Shown: positions 28,052 to 38,555 of the stretch, one piece after another
Numbering within the stretch: position 1 is the first letter of the stretch
How the letters are laid out: each line of letters opens with the position of its first letter
Origin: Candidatus Sericytochromatia bacterium
GTDB taxonomy: Bacteria > Cyanobacteriota > Sericytochromatia > S15B-MN24 > UBA4093
Length of the DNA: 64,000 nt
Direction: 5' to 3'
NCBI GenBank assembly: GCA_036676985.1
Contig: JAKFBU010000026.1
Span: 32,001-96,000, forward strand
Notes under the pieces: model-generated
The model's database searches: none
What the model was told of the DNA's origin: nothing
Seen by the model: only the letters and a program-made list of their open reading frames with translations
Program-made: the position numbers and the translations under genes

Positions 28052-29866
28052 ATGGCCACATTGGCTTGGTTTGATCGACTCATTTCCTCGTTCGCCGCTA
28101 TCGTGCGGCGGCGCGGCCGTCTCGACACGCATCAGCTCGTCGTCGATCGCACCAAGCCCGAGGAGCGTACCCAGGCCCTCTTGCCGATCCTGCAATCCAA
28201 CTTCAAGGACGCCCCCGCGAGCCTGCTCGACCTCGCCCCGCTCGAGGAATGCTTCAAGGACGAGCACTCCTACAACAACATGATCGAGCTGGTCACGCTC
28301 TTCGGCATGCGCGGCTTCCCCTTCGAGGCCGAGCGGCTCGTGGAGTGGCACCGGCTCGCCATCCCGCCCTCGACGCTGTACGCGGTCTTCGAGCTGACGC
28401 GCCCGACCAAGGTCGAACAGCTGGATTACCTGCTGGAAGCCATCCGGCCGCGGGCCGCAAGCCTGCGCGTCGAGGCCCTGCGCCCCATCGCCAATGTCTA
28501 CCAGGCGCTGGGTCGACCGCTCGCCATCGACAACCTGGTCCTCGCGCTGGATACCCTCGGAGTGGCCGAGGGCGGGGCAGTCGCGGCCTTCGTGGGCGCC
28601 GCCGAGGCCTACGTCCACATCGGTCCGGAGGATGCGCGCCTCGATCGGCTCCTGATGGAGCGGATCGCCGACGAAGAGGCCCTCGCGGCGACGGCGACCA
28701 TGTTCGATGTCATCGCCGTCCACAAGGGCAAGGTGGACCACTTCGACGAGATCCGCGACCTGCTGGACGGCGTGCGCGATCGCATCACCGTGCGCCGCAT
28801 CTCCAAGGTCCTGCAGCTCTTCGAGGAGTTCGGCGTGCACGCGGGCGTCCTGGACACCTTCCAGCTCTCGTTCGCCACCACCCAGGGCGACATCGAGTGG
28901 CTCGAGCGGGCCCTCAAGGGCCTCACCGACCTCAAACGCCCCATCGACCGGGTGGCCCTGATGCAGCTGCGCGAGTGGGCGCCGGAGCTTGCGGCCCTCG
29001 GCCGCTACCTGACGGCCGTGCGCTCGTTCCAGGGCCTCGGCATGAGCGTCGACGAGATCGACAAGCTGGTGCTCAAGCGCGTGGAGTCGGAGGAGAAGAG
29101 CCAGGTGCTCGGCCTCATCGGGGACCTCTGGTTCCGCCTGGGCTTCGGCGAATTGACCTTCGAGCGCGCCGAGCATCTGGCGGAGATCCTGGTCGATCGC
29201 CCCCACCTCAAGCGCTACGAGACGGCCGTCCACCTCCTGCGTGAGCTCAAGATGGGCGCGCACGACGTGGAAGCCCTCGCCGAGGTCTTCTTCGAGACCT
29301 CGGACGACATCAATTGGCTCGAGGGCGTGCTCGCGAGCGCCGGCGAGTCCGAGGAGCGGCTGGGCCGGTTGCAGATCCTGCACCTGCGCGAGCGCTGTCC
29401 GGATCCGCCCAACCTGTACCGCTACTTCCGCCTGCGCCGGGCATTCAGCTGGTTCCAGGGCGATCATGCGGCCCTCGATGCGTGGCTCATCGACCTCGCC
29501 CCCGTCTCAGAGCGCACGTCGACCCTCTTAGCCCTCGCCGAGATCCTGCAGGACTCCGGCCGCCTGACGGTCGAGGAGCTCAAGGAGCTCGAGGCGACCT
29601 ACCCGACCCATGACCTCCTCGAGGCCTTCGGGGAGTGCGTCCGCACCTTCAACGGCGACTGGCGCAGCTTCAGCATGTTCCTCAAGCAGGTGCTGGAGAG
29701 CGGCGACCTGCAGTCCGTCTTCGCCATTCTCAACCGGACCTTCGGAGAGGCCCGCATGTCCGGCAACAAGTTCGAGCGAGCCTTCGAGTTCCTCGTCAAC
29801 CGCCTGGGCCACCGCCCGGTCGTCAGCAAGACCCTCGCCACCAAGAAAGAGGACCCCAACTCATGA
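28052..29866 (+). CDS. Hypothetical alpha-helical repeat protein in the che operon
   Basis: 604 aa with host-like codon usage. Starts 3 nt after cheW and overlaps cheX (ATGA). Internal 70/139-aa periodicity; no family recognised. Confidence 0.85.
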   Translation: MATLAWFDRLISSFAAIVRRRGRLDTHQLVVDRTKPEERTQALLPILQSNFKDAPASLLDLAPLEECFKDEHSYNNMIELVTLFGMRGFPFEAERLVEWHRLAIPPSTLYAVFELTRPTKVEQLDYLLEAIRPRAASLRVEALRPIANVYQALGRPLAIDNLVLALDTLGVAEGGAVAAFVGAAEAYVHIGPEDARLDRLLMERIADEEALAATATMFDVIAVHKGKVDHFDEIRDLLDGVRDRITVRRISKVLQLFEEFGVHAGVLDTFQLSFATTQGDIEWLERALKGLTDLKRPIDRVALMQLREWAPELAALGRYLTAVRSFQGLGMSVDEIDKLVLKRVESEEKSQVLGLIGDLWFRLGFGELTFERAEHLAEILVDRPHLKRYETAVHLLRELKMGAHDVEALAEVFFETSDDINWLEGVLASAGESEERLGRLQILHLRERCPDPPNLYRYFRLRRAFSWFQGDHAALDAWLIDLAPVSERTSTLLALAEILQDSGRLTVEELKELEATYPTHDLLEAFGECVRTFNGDWRSFSMFLKQVLESGDLQSVFAILNRTFGEARMSGNKFERAFEFLVNRLGHRPVVSKTLATKKEDPNS

Positions 29867-30354
29867 TCAACGAGCCACGGAGTGCTGCCAGCCTGGATTA
29901 CGTCCGGGCCTTCGTTCAGGCCGCGGAGCGCGTGCTGGGCGAGGTGATCGGCGAGGTCCCGACGAAGGGCACGCCCATCTTCCAGAAGGAGCCGTCCATC
30001 GGCCTCCAGGAAGTCAACGTCACGGTCGGCATCACGGGCGACCTCCAGGGTCAGGTCAACTTCGGCATGGACATGGCGACGGCCCTCGGCATCGCCTCGA
30101 TCATGATGATGGAGACCGTCAGCGCCCTGGACGAGATGTCGATCTCGGCCCTCCAGGAGCTGTCCAACATGATCTCGGGCAACGCCCGCTTCTTCCTCAA
30201 CGATCTGGGCGTCAAGTCGGACATCACGCCGCCCACCATGCTCGTGGGCAAGGACATGAGCGCCACCTGGCACCGGATCCGGGCCATGGCCGTTCCCCTG
30301 GACCTTTCGTGCGGCAGGATCCTCGTCACCGTCGGCATTCGGCAAGGAGATTAA
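29863..30354 (+). CDS. cheX: CheY-P phosphatase CheX
   Basis: VGITGDLQG, SALQELSNMISGNA (ExxN) and ITPPT motifs. Confidence 0.92.
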   Translation: MINEPRSAASLDYVRAFVQAAERVLGEVIGEVPTKGTPIFQKEPSIGLQEVNVTVGITGDLQGQVNFGMDMATALGIASIMMMETVSALDEMSISALQELSNMISGNARFFLNDLGVKSDITPPTMLVGKDMSATWHRIRAMAVPLDLSCGRILVTVGIRQGD

Positions 30355-30360
30355 GCGCTA

Positions 30361-30726
30361 ATGAGCATTCGAATTCTGATCGTGGACGATGCCCCCTTCA
30401 TGCGGCGGACGCTCGCCAAGCTCTTCGAAGAGAAGGGCTGGGAAGTGGTCGGCGAGGCCGGCAACGGCAAGGAAGCGGTGGATCAGTTCGGCGCCCTTCA
30501 GCCCGACATCGTGACCATGGACATCACAATGCCCGAGATGGACGGCATCACGGCCGTCAAGACCATCGTCGCCGCCCACCCGGCCGCCCGCATCATCATG
30601 TGCAGCGCCGTCGGCCAGCAGGACATGATCGTCGACGCCGTCAAGGCGGGCGCCAAGGACTTCATCGTCAAGCCCTTCCAGAAGGATCGGGTCCTCGCCG
30701 CCGTCGAAGGCGCGCTCAAGAAGTAG
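30361..30726 (+). CDS. cheY: Chemotaxis response regulator CheY
   Basis: Single REC domain: IVDD, MDITMPEMDG, SAVGQ, KPF. Confidence 0.93.
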   Translation: MSIRILIVDDAPFMRRTLAKLFEEKGWEVVGEAGNGKEAVDQFGALQPDIVTMDITMPEMDGITAVKTIVAAHPAARIIMCSAVGQQDMIVDAVKAGAKDFIVKPFQKDRVLAAVEGALKK

Positions 30727-30736
30727 GGGCCGGCCG

Positions 30737-32881
30737 ATGAGTTTAGAATTCAGCGACGAGGATTACAAGCTATTCCTCGAAGAAGGACGTGCGCACCTTC
30801 AGACCCTCGAGCAGAGCCTCCTGGTCCTCGAGGACTCGGTGGACGCCCCCTTGGACCTCGCCCTCATCAACGAGATGTTCCGGGCGGCCCACTCGGTCAA
30901 GGGGGCGGCCGGCATGCTCGGCCTCAAGACGATCCAGGCCGTCACGCACCAGCTGGAGAACCTGCTGGGCCGGCTGCGCGAGGGCAAGTTCGGCGCTGAT
31001 CTCGAGCTCGTCGAGACCCTGTTCGAAGCCGTAGACGTGCTCGGCACGCTCATGGTCGAGGTGAGCGGCCCCGACCGCCTGACGCGCACCGACACCTCCG
31101 CCACGGTGGCGCGCCTCAAGGACGTGCTGGAGGCCCGCGAGAACGCGGGCTCGACCAGCTCGGACGCCCAGACCCTCCTGCCCTTCACCCTCTCGGGTGG
31201 CCTGGAGACGGCCATGGACGCCAAGGCCACCGAGGTGACCCGGCGCGCCATGCGCGAGAAGCGGTACCTGTACGAGGCGAAGCTGGATCTCGAGAACTGC
31301 CGCTGGCTCGAGGGCAACCCCGACCACGAGATCCTCGAACGCCTGTTCGCCATCACCGAACTCATCGCGCTGCACTCCGACCCGGCCCTGCCGGCGACGG
31401 ACGCGGCGGGGACCTTCCCGATCAAGGGACATGCCCTCGTGCAGTCCTCGGCCGAACCCATGATCGTTCAGATGCTCGTGCCGCTCCCACCGGACGACAT
31501 GCGCCTGATCTACGATCCCGCCAACCCTCCGGCCGAGGCGCCCCCCGCCCCGGTCCAGGTCCAGGCGTCGGTTCCGGCGGTTCAGGCAACGCCCGTCGCC
31601 CCGGAGGCCGAGGCCAAGCCTGCCGCCAAGCAGGCGCCCAAGGCCGCGGGCGGCCCCGCTCACCACGGCGGCCAGAGCATCCGGGTCGACGTGGAGCGCC
31701 TGGACGACCTCATGAATGTCGTGGGCGAGATCGTCATCGGCAACACCCGCCTGGCACAGCTCGGCAACACGCTCGAGAACCGCTACGACCGCGACACGAC
31801 CGTCCACCAGCTCAACGAGGCCCTCGGTCAGCTCGGTCGCCTGGTGGGCGACCTGCAGACCACCGTGCTGCGCACTCGCATGGTGCCGGTGGAGCGCGTC
31901 TTCACGCGCTTTCCCCGCCTGATCCGCGATCTGGCACGGACGCTCGGCAAGGAAGCCAAGCTCGAAATGTACGGCCAGGAGACCGAGATCGACAAGACGG
32001 TCAGCGAGGAGCTCGAGGATCCCTTGGTCCACCTCATGCGCAACGCCATCGACCATGGCGTCGAGGGACCGGATGTCCGCGAGGCGGCCGGCAAGCCGCG
32101 CATGGGCACCATCAAGCTCTCGGCGCACCACGAGGGCAACCACATCGTGATCTGCCTGGAGGACGACGGAGGCGGCATCGACCCTGCCAAGATCCTCAAG
32201 AAGGCGCGTGACCTGGGGCTCGCCAACCCCGAGGCCACCTACAGCGACCTGGAGGTGCTGCAGTTCATCTTCGCGCCGGGCTTCAGCACGGCCGAGAAGG
32301 TCACGGACGTCTCGGGCCGCGGCGTCGGCATGGACGTGGTCAACCAGAACATCCGCAAGCTCAAGGGCTCGATCCAGGTGGTCTCGAGCAAGGGCGAAGG
32401 CACCAAGTTCATCATCAAGCTGCCCCTGACGCTCGCCATCACCAAGGCGCTCCTCGTCCGCTCGGGCGGCGAGACCTTCGCCATCCCGCTGGAGAGCGTG
32501 CGCGAGAGCATCCGCCTCACGCCCGCCGACATCAAGACCATCAACGGAAAGCCCGTCACGCAGGTGCGCGATCAGGTCCTGCCCCTGTTCGAGCTACAGG
32601 CGGCCTTCGGTTGGGGCGGCAGCGAGCGCGACAACCGGAATCTGCCGGTGGTCGTGGTGGGCGGCTTGAAGAAGCAGCTCGGGCTCATCGTGGATCGCCT
32701 GGAAGGCGAGCAGGATATCGTCGTCAAGAACATGGGCAACTACCTGGGCGACATCTCGGGGGTGGCGGGTGCCACCATCCTGGGTGACGGCCGGGTGGCG
32801 CTCATCCTCGACGTCGCGACCCTCATCGACGAGAGCGAGGGCAAGCATCGGCATGAGAGCGGCGCGTTCCACGCCGTCTAG
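30737..32881 (+). CDS. cheA: Chemotaxis histidine kinase CheA
   Basis: HPt FRAAHSVKG, IRVD..RLD.L.N.VGE, HLMRNAIDHG, SGRGVGMDVV and a C-terminal CheW domain. Confidence 0.98.
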   Translation: MSLEFSDEDYKLFLEEGRAHLQTLEQSLLVLEDSVDAPLDLALINEMFRAAHSVKGAAGMLGLKTIQAVTHQLENLLGRLREGKFGADLELVETLFEAVDVLGTLMVEVSGPDRLTRTDTSATVARLKDVLEARENAGSTSSDAQTLLPFTLSGGLETAMDAKATEVTRRAMREKRYLYEAKLDLENCRWLEGNPDHEILERLFAITELIALHSDPALPATDAAGTFPIKGHALVQSSAEPMIVQMLVPLPPDDMRLIYDPANPPAEAPPAPVQVQASVPAVQATPVAPEAEAKPAAKQAPKAAGGPAHHGGQSIRVDVERLDDLMNVVGEIVIGNTRLAQLGNTLENRYDRDTTVHQLNEALGQLGRLVGDLQTTVLRTRMVPVERVFTRFPRLIRDLARTLGKEAKLEMYGQETEIDKTVSEELEDPLVHLMRNAIDHGVEGPDVREAAGKPRMGTIKLSAHHEGNHIVICLEDDGGGIDPAKILKKARDLGLANPEATYSDLEVLQFIFAPGFSTAEKVTDVSGRGVGMDVVNQNIRKLKGSIQVVSSKGEGTKFIIKLPLTLAITKALLVRSGGETFAIPLESVRESIRLTPADIKTINGKPVTQVRDQVLPLFELQAAFGWGGSERDNRNLPVVVVGGLKKQLGLIVDRLEGEQDIVVKNMGNYLGDISGVAGATILGDGRVALILDVATLIDESEGKHRHESGAFHAV

Positions 32882-32905
32882 GCCCTAAGTCGGGCAATTA
32901 CCCAG

Positions 32906-32926
32906 CCCTCGCCCCCGGGGCGAGGG
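32906..32926. repeat. GC-rich hairpin between cheA and cheR2
   Basis: CCCTCGCCCC-C-GGGGCGAGGG. Confidence 0.55.
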
Positions 32927-32938
32927 AGGCAGGGGAAG

Positions 32939-33847
32939 GTGATTCCTGAAGCCACCTTCCCCCGATACAGCGAGGCGTTCATGCTAGACCCCACCACCCA
33001 CGGGGAGCTCCTGCGCATGCGGGACCTGATCCAGGCCCACGCGGGTTTGCGGCTCGAGGAGTCGAAGCTCCTGGCCCTCTTCCCCCGACTCGGCCCGATC
33101 ATCGAGTCGGTGGGCGCCCAGGGCCTCTCGGGCCTCAACGACATGCTCATGCGGGAGATGGCCTTCGGGGCCGGCAAGGCGTGGACGGCGGTCATCCCGC
33201 TCGTCACCATCAACGAGACCTACTTCTTCCGCGAGATGCACCAGCTGGACATCTTCCGCCAGCACCTGGTGCCCGAGCTGGTCAAGCGCAACGCCGGCAG
33301 CCGGCACATCAAGATCCTGAGCGCGCCCTGCTCCAACGGTGCCGAGCCCTACACCCTCGCCATGCTCCTTGAGCAGAGCCCGGTCTCTCTGATGGGGTGG
33401 CGGCTCGAGATCCACGGGGTGGACATCGACGGGCCCATCATCGAGCAGGCCAAGGAGGGGCTCTACCCCAAGGCGAACTTCCGCGCCACGGACCAGTCGC
33501 AGCTCGATCGGTGGTTCAAGCCCGAGGCGGACAAGTACCGCATCGTGGACCGGATCCGCCAAGGGGTGACCTTCCGGCAGGGCAACCTGCTCGAGATGAG
33601 CAAGTGGCCGGGCTTTAGGGGCTTCGACGTCATCCTGTGCCGCAACCTCCTCATCTACTTCGACCAGCCGACCCAGAAGCGCCTCATCAGCCTCTTCTTC
33701 CAGGCCATGAACCCGGGCGGTTACCTGCTCTTGGGACACTCCGAGTCGCTGCTGACCCTGGGCACCGACTTCTTGCCCGATCCCAACCATCGCGCCATGG
33801 TCTACTACAAGCCGGGGGCCGAGATCCCGGCAAGGAGCGTCTTGTGA
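32939..33847 (+). CDS. cheR: Chemotaxis methyltransferase CheR (copy 2; start may be ATG 32981)
   Basis: TINETYFFRE, PCSNGAEPYTLAM, CRNLLIYFD and LGHSES motifs. Confidence 0.93.
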   Translation: MIPEATFPRYSEAFMLDPTTHGELLRMRDLIQAHAGLRLEESKLLALFPRLGPIIESVGAQGLSGLNDMLMREMAFGAGKAWTAVIPLVTINETYFFREMHQLDIFRQHLVPELVKRNAGSRHIKILSAPCSNGAEPYTLAMLLEQSPVSLMGWRLEIHGVDIDGPIIEQAKEGLYPKANFRATDQSQLDRWFKPEADKYRIVDRIRQGVTFRQGNLLEMSKWPGFRGFDVILCRNLLIYFDQPTQKRLISLFFQAMNPGGYLLLGHSESLLTLGTDFLPDPNHRAMVYYKPGAEIPARSVL

Positions 33848-34923
33848 GCGAAAGCATCCGAGTCCTCGTCGTCGACGACTCCGCCTTCATGCGCCGGGCG
33901 ATCGCCCGCATGCTGACCGCGGACTCGGACATCGAGATCGTGGGCAGCGTCGGCGACGGCGCTCAGGGCCTGGAGGCGGTCAAGACCCTCAAGCCCGACG
34001 TGGTCACCATGGACATCGAGATGCCCGTGATGGACGGCCTGACGGCCCTCAAGCGCGTGATGGAGGAGAGCCCCGTCCCCGTCATCATGATGAGCACGTT
34101 GACGCAGAACGGGGCCTCTGCGACCATCCAGGCCCTATCCCTGGGGGCCTTCGACTTCGTGCCCAAGCCCGAGTCCTCGATGATCGACGTGCTGGGCGTC
34201 GAGCACGAGCTGCGCGACAAGGTCCGCGCGGCCGCGAGCTCGAAGGGACGGCGCAGGGCTACAGCGGTCGTGCCGGCCGCGCCCAAGCCGGCGCCGGCGG
34301 CTCCTGCGGCTCCTCGGCCGGTCGTGACGCGATCGCAATCCCAGTGGCCCGAGGTGGTCGCCATCGGCATCTCGACGGGCGGTCCTCCTGCTCTGCAGTC
34401 GCTGTTCGAGGCCTTGCCTGCGGACTTTCCCGTGGGCCTGGTGGTCGTCCAGCACATGCCGCCCGGCTTCACGCGTCCTCTGGCCGAGCGCTTGAACCGT
34501 ATCTGCGGCATCACCATCAAGGAGGCCGAGGACGGCGACACGGTGCAGCCCCGGCAGGTGCTCATCGCCCCGGCGGGCACCCACCTGGTGCTCAAGCGGG
34601 AGAGTGGCGCCCTCAAGGCGCGCCTCATCGACTCCTCCACCACCAAGACGTGGCACAAGCCGTCGGTGGACGTGCTTTTCGCCTCGGTCGCCCAGGTGGT
34701 GGGCCCCAAGGCCCTCGCCATCGTGATGACGGGCATGGGCAACGACGGCACGGCGGGTGCCGGGGCCCTCAAGAGCCAGGGCGGCGAGATCTGGAGCCAG
34801 GACGAGGCCTCGAGCGTCGTGTATGGCATGCCGCGCACGGTCTACGAGTCGGGCGTGGTGGACCGGGTGCTGTCTTTGCAGGCGATTCCGCAGGCGCTCA
34901 AGAGTCTGGTGGGCATGGCTTAA
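33844..34923 (+). CDS. cheB: Chemotaxis methylesterase CheB (REC + esterase)
   Basis: VVDDSAFMR; catalytic GISTGGP, QHMP and TGMGNDG. GTG overlaps the cheR stop. Confidence 0.97.
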   Translation: MSESIRVLVVDDSAFMRRAIARMLTADSDIEIVGSVGDGAQGLEAVKTLKPDVVTMDIEMPVMDGLTALKRVMEESPVPVIMMSTLTQNGASATIQALSLGAFDFVPKPESSMIDVLGVEHELRDKVRAAASSKGRRRATAVVPAAPKPAPAAPAAPRPVVTRSQSQWPEVVAIGISTGGPPALQSLFEALPADFPVGLVVVQHMPPGFTRPLAERLNRICGITIKEAEDGDTVQPRQVLIAPAGTHLVLKRESGALKARLIDSSTTKTWHKPSVDVLFASVAQVVGPKALAIVMTGMGNDGTAGAGALKSQGGEIWSQDEASSVVYGMPRTVYESGVVDRVLSLQAIPQALKSLVGMA

Positions 34924-35049
34924 GTGCCCATCTCTGGCGCTCGCGGCGGGCGGCGTTCCGGGAAATTCCAAAGCCTCGCGAAGGCGATCGGGAGATTGGA
35001 ATTTGCCTACACGCCACCCACCGCTCGCACGCTCACTTATTCAGCATAT

Positions 35050-35075
35050 AAGGGGCCGCCATCAGGCGGCCCCTT
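35050..35075. terminator. Hairpin terminator between convergent cheB and porin genes
   Basis: AAGGGGCCGCC-atca-GGCGGCCCCTT. Confidence 0.7.
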
Positions 35076-35089
35076 CGGCTTTTCTGGCC

Positions 35090-36148
35090 CTAGAAGGTCA
35101 GCGAGGTGTGCAGGGCGACGACGTTGGTGTTGGTCGTGCCCGTGCCGGTGTTGAAGGTGACGTTCTGGTTGTCGAGCACCACGCGCACGCCCTTGACGGG
35201 CGTGAGGCCGAAGCCGACGAGGGTCTCCAGGCGATCGCCGCCGTCCGCGCCCAGCGTGCCGTCGATGCTGTCGGCGCGCACGATGAGCTCGGGGCTCGGC
35301 AGGCCGGGGATGGCCAGCCCGAAGATGCCCAGGGCCGAGAGGATCTGGCCGGTGCTGACCGGGGCGGTCGCAGCACCCTGGTCCCACATGCGGGTGCCGC
35401 CCACTCCGAGCTTGAGGCCGCCCGTGCTGTAGCCCATAAAGGCGCCAGCGCGTTCCTGCTGGGCGATGCCCGACGCGTTGTGCCGGCTGCCGAGAGCCGT
35501 CAGTTCGAGGCCCTGCAGGGGGGAGACGGTGACGCGCGCCTGATAGGATTTCTGACCGTCCGTCTCGTTGGCCCGGAAGCCCTCGCCGTTGAAGATGGCC
35601 GCGGCGTAGCCGAAGGCCCCGTGGTTGCCGATGAGCTTGAGGCCCTTGTCCCAGGACTGGACGTAGGCCGTGCCCCGGGCGAGCCCCCCCGCGATGGGCG
35701 CGCTGCCAAGCATGCGTAGGCCCGAGAAGCCGTACTCGTAGTCGGTCCATGGCAGGGAGACCATGCCGAACTGCAGGGTGCTGCCGGGGTAGAGGCCGTC
35801 GGCCTGGAGGTAGGCCATCTTGAGCAGCATGTTGGCGGGCTCGGTCTGGGTGGTGGTCGTCACGCCCGTGACCACGCCGCCGGCCGAGGTGCTCGTGACC
35901 CGGGAGACCCACGTCTCGGGGGCCAGATCCAGGGTGATGTTGCCGGACCAGGCCTCATTGAACCGCACCTTGCCGTTGAGGTAGCTGCGCGTCAGGTTGA
36001 AGCCCTGAGGCCCCGTGGGGGTGGGCACCGAGTAGTCCGCGAAGATGGTGCCCGAGACGGAGGCGACGGGCTTCGCCTCCTGGGCGAGTGCCGGGGCCTG
36101 GAGCCCGATCGACAGGGCGAGCAGAGCGAGGAAGGTGGGAGCTTTCAC
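35090..36148 (-). CDS. Outer-membrane beta-barrel porin (phosphate-selective porin O/P-like)
   Basis: Signal peptide (ALA-Q), amphipathic strands, F.LTRSYL / LKMAYL / FNGEG motifs and a C-terminal F. GTG after AAGGAG. Confidence 0.7.
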   Translation of the reverse strand: MKAPTFLALLALSIGLQAPALAQEAKPVASVSGTIFADYSVPTPTGPQGFNLTRSYLNGKVRFNEAWSGNITLDLAPETWVSRVTSTSAGGVVTGVTTTTQTEPANMLLKMAYLQADGLYPGSTLQFGMVSLPWTDYEYGFSGLRMLGSAPIAGGLARGTAYVQSWDKGLKLIGNHGAFGYAAAIFNGEGFRANETDGQKSYQARVTVSPLQGLELTALGSRHNASGIAQQERAGAFMGYSTGGLKLGVGGTRMWDQGAATAPVSTGQILSALGIFGLAIPGLPSPELIVRADSIDGTLGADGGDRLETLVGFGLTPVKGVRVVLDNQNVTFNTGTGTTNTNVVALHTSLTF

Positions 36149-36167
36149 GGTCTTCTCCTTTGGCAAC

Positions 36168-38219
36168 TTACAGGCGGGTAGGCAGTGAGAGGGGGCGCTG
36201 GGCGGGGATGCGAGCCTCCGTGCTAGCAGCGTCCGAGAGCTTGAAGAAGGCGATCGCCTCCTGGAGGGCGCGGCCCTCCGCGTTGAGGCTATCCGCCGCC
36301 CGGGACACCTGGTCCGTGGCGGACGACGCCTCTTGGGCGCTGCGGCTGAGGCTCTCGACGGCCAGGACCACCTGGCTCGCCCCCTGCCGCTGCTCGGCGG
36401 TCGCGTAGGCCACGGACCGGGTCAGCTGGTCCATGCCCGCCACGGCCTCGGTGACGTGTTGGTTGACGTTCGCCATCTGCTCGGAGGCCGCCACGATCTG
36501 GGCGCTGGCGCGCGCCTGCTCTCCGGTGGCGGCCGCCACCTCGTTGAGGAGGTTCGTGACCTGCTGGGAGGCGCCCTTGATGCGGGTGAGGGCCTCGCGG
36601 GTGTGCGCGGCGAGCTGGACCCCCTCCTCGACCTTCCGGGCTCCTTCCTCGGTGACGCCGACGGCCTGCAGGGTCTCCTTCTGGATGCCCTTGATGAGGT
36701 CGCCGATTTCCCGGGTGGCCTTCGCAGAGCGCTCGGCGAGCTTTCGGACCTCGTCGGCGACCACCGCGAAGCCGCGGCCCGCCTCACCTGCACGCGCCGC
36801 CTCGATGGCGGCGTTCAAGGCCAGGAGGTTGGTCTGCTCGGCGATGTCGTCGATGACCTCGATGATGGCGCCGATCTCGCCCGAGCGCTCATCGAGGACG
36901 CGGATGGTCTGCTGGATGCCCTGCATGGTGTCGGCGATGGAGGCCATGCCCGCACTGGCCTGGGCGACCGCGGTCTCGCCCGCTTGCGCCTCGTCGGAGG
37001 CCCGGGACGCGACCTGGTTGGCATGGCCGACGTTGCCCGCCACCTGCTGGACGGAGGCCGCCAGCTCGGTGATGGAGGCCGTGGTCTGGGTGACGGCCGC
37101 GGCGAGTTCGTCGGACTGGCCCCGCACGAGCGTGACCTTGGAGCCCAGATCCTGGGCATGGCGATCGACCGACTGGATGTTGGCGGCCATCTGCTCGATG
37201 GCGGCCGAGGTCTCCTCGGCGCTCGAGGCCTGGACCGAGACCGTCTGGTGCAGCTCGCCGCTGGAGCTTGCGATCTGGTGAGCGCCGGCGCCCACGGCGT
37301 CCGAGACGTGCCGCACCCGCTGGACGATCTCGCGCAGGCTCTCGACCATGTGGGCGATCGCGTTGCCCAGCTGATCCCGCGGGCTCTTGGGCGTAATGGT
37401 GCGGCTCAGGTCCCCCTGGCTCATGGCCGTGGCGATGCCCGCGACCTCGTGGAGGTAAGCGATCATCTGGCCGAAGCTCCGGGCCATCTCGCCGATCTCG
37501 TCGTCGCGCCGGATATCGATCGCGCGGTCGAGCTCGCCGCCCGCGATGCCCTGGGCGGCCTCCTTCATCTGCCGGATCGGCTCGACGATCGAGCGGGCGA
37601 GCAGCAGCGCCATGAGGACGGCGAGCCCGATCGCTCCGAGGAGGACGAGGATCGTCACCGCGAGGGTGGTGGCTGCCGCCCGCTTGGAGGCCTCGTAGCG
37701 CTTGCCGGCGCCCGCCTGGATGTCGTCGTGCAGCTTGGTGATCGCCGCTTCGGCCAGGAGGAAGTGGTCGCGGCCGTCCCGCTCCAGGAGCCACGCGGCC
37801 TTTACCGCGCCGGACTCGGCCTTCACGCGGGAGGCCTGCTGGATGAGCGAGAGGAAGGTTCCGGCCTCGTTTCGGAAGCTGGTCATGGTCGCCGCGTCGG
37901 CCTGGGCCGCGTCCCGCCGCGCGAAGGCGGACACCAGCTGCTGGAAGTCGCCGATGTCGCCGTCGATGGTCTTGGCGATCGCCGCTTCCTTCTCGGCCGA
38001 GGGCGCTCCGACGTAACGATGGGCGCCCACCCGCAGGTTGTGGAGCATGGCCAGGATCTCGGCCGTCTCGTTCAGCTCCTGGAGGTCGGTTTCGTACGTG
38101 GTCGCGAGCATCCCCTGGATGTTACGGGTCGAGACGACGGCCACCCCCCCGAGCAGCGCGATCAACAGGATCATGGCCAAGAAGCCGCCGAAAATCTTGG
38201 TGCGAAGCGTCATGCGCAT
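36168..38219 (-). CDS. Methyl-accepting chemotaxis protein (TM-4HB-TM-HAMP-MA)
   Basis: [40 protein letters not shown]; DEIG.MARSF HAMP domain. Confidence 0.97.
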   Translation of the reverse strand: MRMTLRTKIFGGFLAMILLIALLGGVAVVSTRNIQGMLATTYETDLQELNETAEILAMLHNLRVGAHRYVGAPSAEKEAAIAKTIDGDIGDFQQLVSAFARRDAAQADAATMTSFRNEAGTFLSLIQQASRVKAESGAVKAAWLLERDGRDHFLLAEAAITKLHDDIQAGAGKRYEASKRAAATTLAVTILVLLGAIGLAVLMALLLARSIVEPIRQMKEAAQGIAGGELDRAIDIRRDDEIGEMARSFGQMIAYLHEVAGIATAMSQGDLSRTITPKSPRDQLGNAIAHMVESLREIVQRVRHVSDAVGAGAHQIASSSGELHQTVSVQASSAEETSAAIEQMAANIQSVDRHAQDLGSKVTLVRGQSDELAAAVTQTTASITELAASVQQVAGNVGHANQVASRASDEAQAGETAVAQASAGMASIADTMQGIQQTIRVLDERSGEIGAIIEVIDDIAEQTNLLALNAAIEAARAGEAGRGFAVVADEVRKLAERSAKATREIGDLIKGIQKETLQAVGVTEEGARKVEEGVQLAAHTREALTRIKGASQQVTNLLNEVAAATGEQARASAQIVAASEQMANVNQHVTEAVAGMDQLTRSVAYATAEQRQGASQVVLAVESLSRSAQEASSATDQVSRAADSLNAEGRALQEAIAFFKLSDAASTEARIPAQRPLSLPTRL

Positions 38220-38555
38220 GGAGTCCTCCGCTATGAGGGCGTATCTAGGCCCTTCCCGGGTATTCCTTCCGAGTGATACCCGCCTGCCCGCTTTAATTCA
38301 ACGTCATGCGCCGAACTGTTACGTATCGTTAGAAAATGGGCGGTTTATCCCGGCAAAAAAGTCCCGGGTGGAGGTAGGTCGTGCGCAAAACGGGGCGAAA
38401 GCGGGGATTTTAGACTGCAGTATAGGTAATTCGCGGGCCGGTGATTGTGAAGAGCTCCGTTACAAAGCAGCGACGGCCTGGCCATGCCGTACAATGAGGA
38501 GGGAACGGGTGTCCTGCTTCGTTTAAGGAGTCCCGCCCACGCGTAAGAAGAAGAT

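Noticed and set aside
24091-29467. Two 696-aa minus-strand ORFs (24091-26181 and 27377-29467)
   Set aside because: Shadows of fliQ/fliR/flhB and of cheW plus the repeat-protein gene.
34943-35024. Imperfect stem (AAATTCCAA/TTGGAATTT) after cheB
   Set aside because: Single occurrence with no family resemblance; may be ordinary 3' UTR structure.
36333-38276. 647-aa plus-strand ORF
   Set aside because: Antisense shadow of the MCP gene.
38300-38350. Sigma28 promoter for the MCP (TAAA...AACGATAC, minus strand)
   Set aside because: The spacer is 13 nt instead of 15; too weak to call.
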